Translations under genes and position numbers: made by a program
Part shown: positions 61,806 to 64,000 of the stretch, piece by piece
How the letters are laid out: each line of letters opens with the position of its first letter
Numbering within the stretch: the first letter of the stretch is position 1
Notes under the pieces: generated by a model
Database searches by the model: none
Told to the model about the DNA's origin: nothing
What the model saw: the letters and a program-made list of their open reading frames with translations, nothing else
NCBI GenBank assembly: GCA_965208325.1
Contig: OZ242326.1
Location: 1,312,001 to 1,376,000, forward strand
Origin: Candidatus Poribacteria bacterium
Lineage (GTDB): Bacteria; Poribacteria; WGA-4E; PCPOR2b
Length of the DNA: 64,000 nt
Direction: 5' to 3'

Positions 61806-61931
61806 GGTATTAGCAGTGATGCCGCGGACCTTGAGCCAGCGTGAGTTAACACGCTAACCACGAAGCGGAGTTGTATGTTGTGAAGGCACGCCAATTACCG
61901 TACTGATGCAAGCATATGTGAATGCATCATA

Positions 61932-62999
61932 TCATCCCACCCATGCAGTCCGCGGGTTCATGATATTTGGGTCATCATCCAGGGTGAACTTTTCAGATTC
62001 GTTTGATGTCCAATCGTCATCACCGGCACCTTCAAGTTCAAACCCCGCGTCCTTTACCATCTGGTAAACTTTGTTTTTCTGATCCCCCCGCGTTACGAGA
62101 TAACCATCGACAAAAAGTGAGTTGGCTGGATACAGCGCGATCGACTGGAGTCCACGTAGATGCCCCTCACGACCGCCGCCGATGCGAATCTCGGCAGTTG
62201 GATTGACGAATCGGAACATACAGAGAATCCTCAAGCAGCGTTCCGGTGTCAATTGGTTGAAATCGTAGATTGGATTTCCGCCGATGGGGACTAGGAAATT
62301 GATTGGGATGGATGGGACCTTCATACGGCGAAGGGCATGAGCAACGTCCAGAATGTCTTCATCCGATTCGCCCATTCCAACTATCATACCGCTACAGGTT
62401 TGCAAACCCGCCTCTTTTGCCGCATTAAGCGTATCGACCCGATCTTGGTAGGTATGTGAACTGACAATGTTCGGCGTGTGTGATTCGCTCGTATTCAGGT
62501 TGTGATTGAGACGGTCCAACCCAGCCGCTTTGAGTATCTTCGCTTTCTCTAAATCAACAATTCCGGCAGAAAGACAGGTCTTAATTCCAACTTCATGACT
62601 GATGCGCTTGATAATATGAGCAAGTTGTTTGGTTCTTTTTTGGGTTGGCCCTCGTCCACTGGACACCATGCAGTAGCGGTAGACGCCGTTCTCTTTAGCA
62701 TCATGCGCCTCTTGAAGGATGTCATCTTCGTTTTTCATTGCGTACTGCTTTATTGGGGCTTTAGACACCTTAGATTGGCCGCAATACCCGCAATCTTCGG
62801 GACACAGACCATTTTGGATATTGTTGATTTTGTGAATTTTGACCTTTTTCCCGAATGCCGCCATACGCACATCGCCCGCGGCGGCGGCCATGCGTAAAAC
62901 ATCGACACGCGGATCCGCCAGCATCATTTCCGTGTCCATCCGTGGAAATTCAGCGCCGCGAAGTGCAGTTTGCGTCCATGCTTCATAGTCAATGCCCAT
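61932..62999 (-). CDS. bioB: Biotin synthase
   Basis: CPEDCGYC.QS, YCMV.SGRG, NHNLNTS, CSG.IVGMGE, IPINFL, GGRE. Confidence 0.95.
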   Translation of the reverse strand: MGIDYEAWTQTALRGAEFPRMDTEMMLADPRVDVLRMAAAAGDVRMAAFGKKVKIHKINNIQNGLCPEDCGYCGQSKVSKAPIKQYAMKNEDDILQEAHDAKENGVYRYCMVSSGRGPTQKRTKQLAHIIKRISHEVGIKTCLSAGIVDLEKAKILKAAGLDRLNHNLNTSESHTPNIVSSHTYQDRVDTLNAAKEAGLQTCSGMIVGMGESDEDILDVAHALRRMKVPSIPINFLVPIGGNPIYDFNQLTPERCLRILCMFRFVNPTAEIRIGGGREGHLRGLQSIALYPANSLFVDGYLVTRGDQKNKVYQMVKDAGFELEGAGDDDWTSNESEKFTLDDDPNIMNPRTAWVG

Positions 63000-63279
63000 A
63001 ACATAAGCCTCCTAACGCCGTCTGAAGTCAATGCGATTGGTAATTTTATCATGTATCTGAGAAGTGAGCAAGCGATAAAGGGAGTAATTCCTCAATCAAG
63101 CAGTTAGCCGAGTCAATTACGTATTGCGGATATGGAGTGGAACCGAACAGAAAATGGACAGCGACATCGGGCATTGCAGATTGACACCGAGAAAAAAATT
63201 GCCTGTCATTCAGTGTCATGCTAAAATATAATTTGCAAAAATGAATGTGACTTTAAAAGCACAACCGTTAATTTCTACC

Positions 63280-63747
63280 AACCTGTTTGAACAATACGTG
63301 TCAAAGCTAATTTAGGGCGTTTCAGGTGCTAATAACCGTTGGAACTTCTATCGCACGGCATTTTACTATCGCCTTCGCTATTCGCTCAATTGATTATATT
63401 CAGTCGCTTAATCCCGCCAAATACCTTACTCCAGCATGGGGCGGGGCAAGATGCCCCGCCTACAGGGTGGGGTGGCTAACGCGGGGCAAGATGCCCCGCC
63501 TACAGCGTGTGGCGGCTAACGCGGGGCAAGATGCCACGACTACAAGGTGTGGCGGCTAACGCGGGGCAAGATGCCACGACTACAAGGTGTGGCGGCTAAC
63601 GCGGGGCAAGATGCCACGACTACAAGGTGTGGTGGCGAACGCGGGGCAAAATGACCCGCCTACAGCGTGTGGCGGCGAACGTGAGGCAAGATGCCCCGCC
63701 TACATGGTGTGGCGTCGAACTGTATAAATGGAATTTTCAAACAGGTT
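63280..63747. mobile_element. MITE-like element with 12-bp terminal inverted repeats enclosing a REP tandem array
   Basis: AACCTGTTTGAA (63280-91) / TTCAAACAGGTT (63736-47). Confidence 0.55.
63441..63720. repeat. Seven 40-bp tandem units, each with a GTAG-type REP hairpin
   Basis: Unit GCGGGGCAAGATGCCCCGCCTACAGCGTGTGGCGGCTAAC with point variants; exact 40-bp period. Confidence 0.97.
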
Positions 63748-63811
63748 CTAAACGACACTGAAGCAGCACCACCGTATAGAAACCGCTCAACATTATCATC
63801 GGAGGAACTCA

Positions 63812-64000
63812 ATGTATAAAATTGGCTTAATTCCCGGCGACGGAATTGGTCCCGAAATTACGAGAGAAGCCATGAAGGTCGTCGGGGCAGCAGCCGAAAA
63901 AACAAACTTCCAGTACGAAACAGTCGAATACGATTTTGGCGGCGACCGCTATCTTGAGACGGGCGAAATCTTACCGGACTCTGCGCTAAATGAATTTCGA
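63812..64000 (+). CDS. leuB: Second 3-isopropylmalate dehydrogenase family gene (5' part; runs off the window)
   Basis: Translates to MYKIGLIPGDGIGPEITREAMKV...DFGGDRYLETGEILPDSAL; SD GGAGG; absent from the ORF track. Confidence 0.85.
   Translation, partial: MYKIGLIPGDGIGPEITREAMKVVGAAAEKTNFQYETVEYDFGGDRYLETGEILPDSALNEFR

Noticed and set aside
935..62897. Numerous antisense and overlapping ORFs in the six-frame track
   Set aside because: They are shadows of well-supported genes on the opposite strand or frame and carry no motifs
63441..63720. CRISPR array
   Set aside because: The 17-bp linkers are near-identical rather than unique spacers; it is a plain 40-bp tandem repeat

Overview
Bacterial chromosomal segment from a diderm organism (TonB-dependent receptor, MurJ, pseudopilin). 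It is most likely Candidatus Poribacteria or a relative. This is an inference from a LamG protein with the C-terminal AVxPxGKLxxTWGxLK tail plus PhyH, NHL and TPR proteins. About 48 CDS, mostly housekeeping and metabolic: EF-G paralogue, radC, ilvD, hppA, folC, glyA, murJ, pdxH, two leuB-family genes, gltX, pfk, ftsB, map, miaB, era, a dnaA-like gene and bioB. No rRNA, intact tRNA, CRISPR, integrase or transposase was seen. The most unusual part is an accessory island at about 38.2-43.8 kb. It has phased 11-bp repeats, a perfect TTGACA-N17-TATAAT promoter that fires into a ~70-nt terminated leader, a phage TerS-like gene coupled to an orphan ORF, and a 1.7-kb modular array of several GTAG-type REP/REPIN families that reappears beyond a lone STAND-like ATPase gene. 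Other oddities: small IS5-like-ended elements carrying REP hairpins (50.5, 55.6, 63.3 kb), an 18-unit heptamer tract between map and ftsB, a DnaA paralogue lacking domain I and the Arg finger, and an EF-G lacking the catalytic His. Functional calls rest on motif recognition by eye; no database searches were run.
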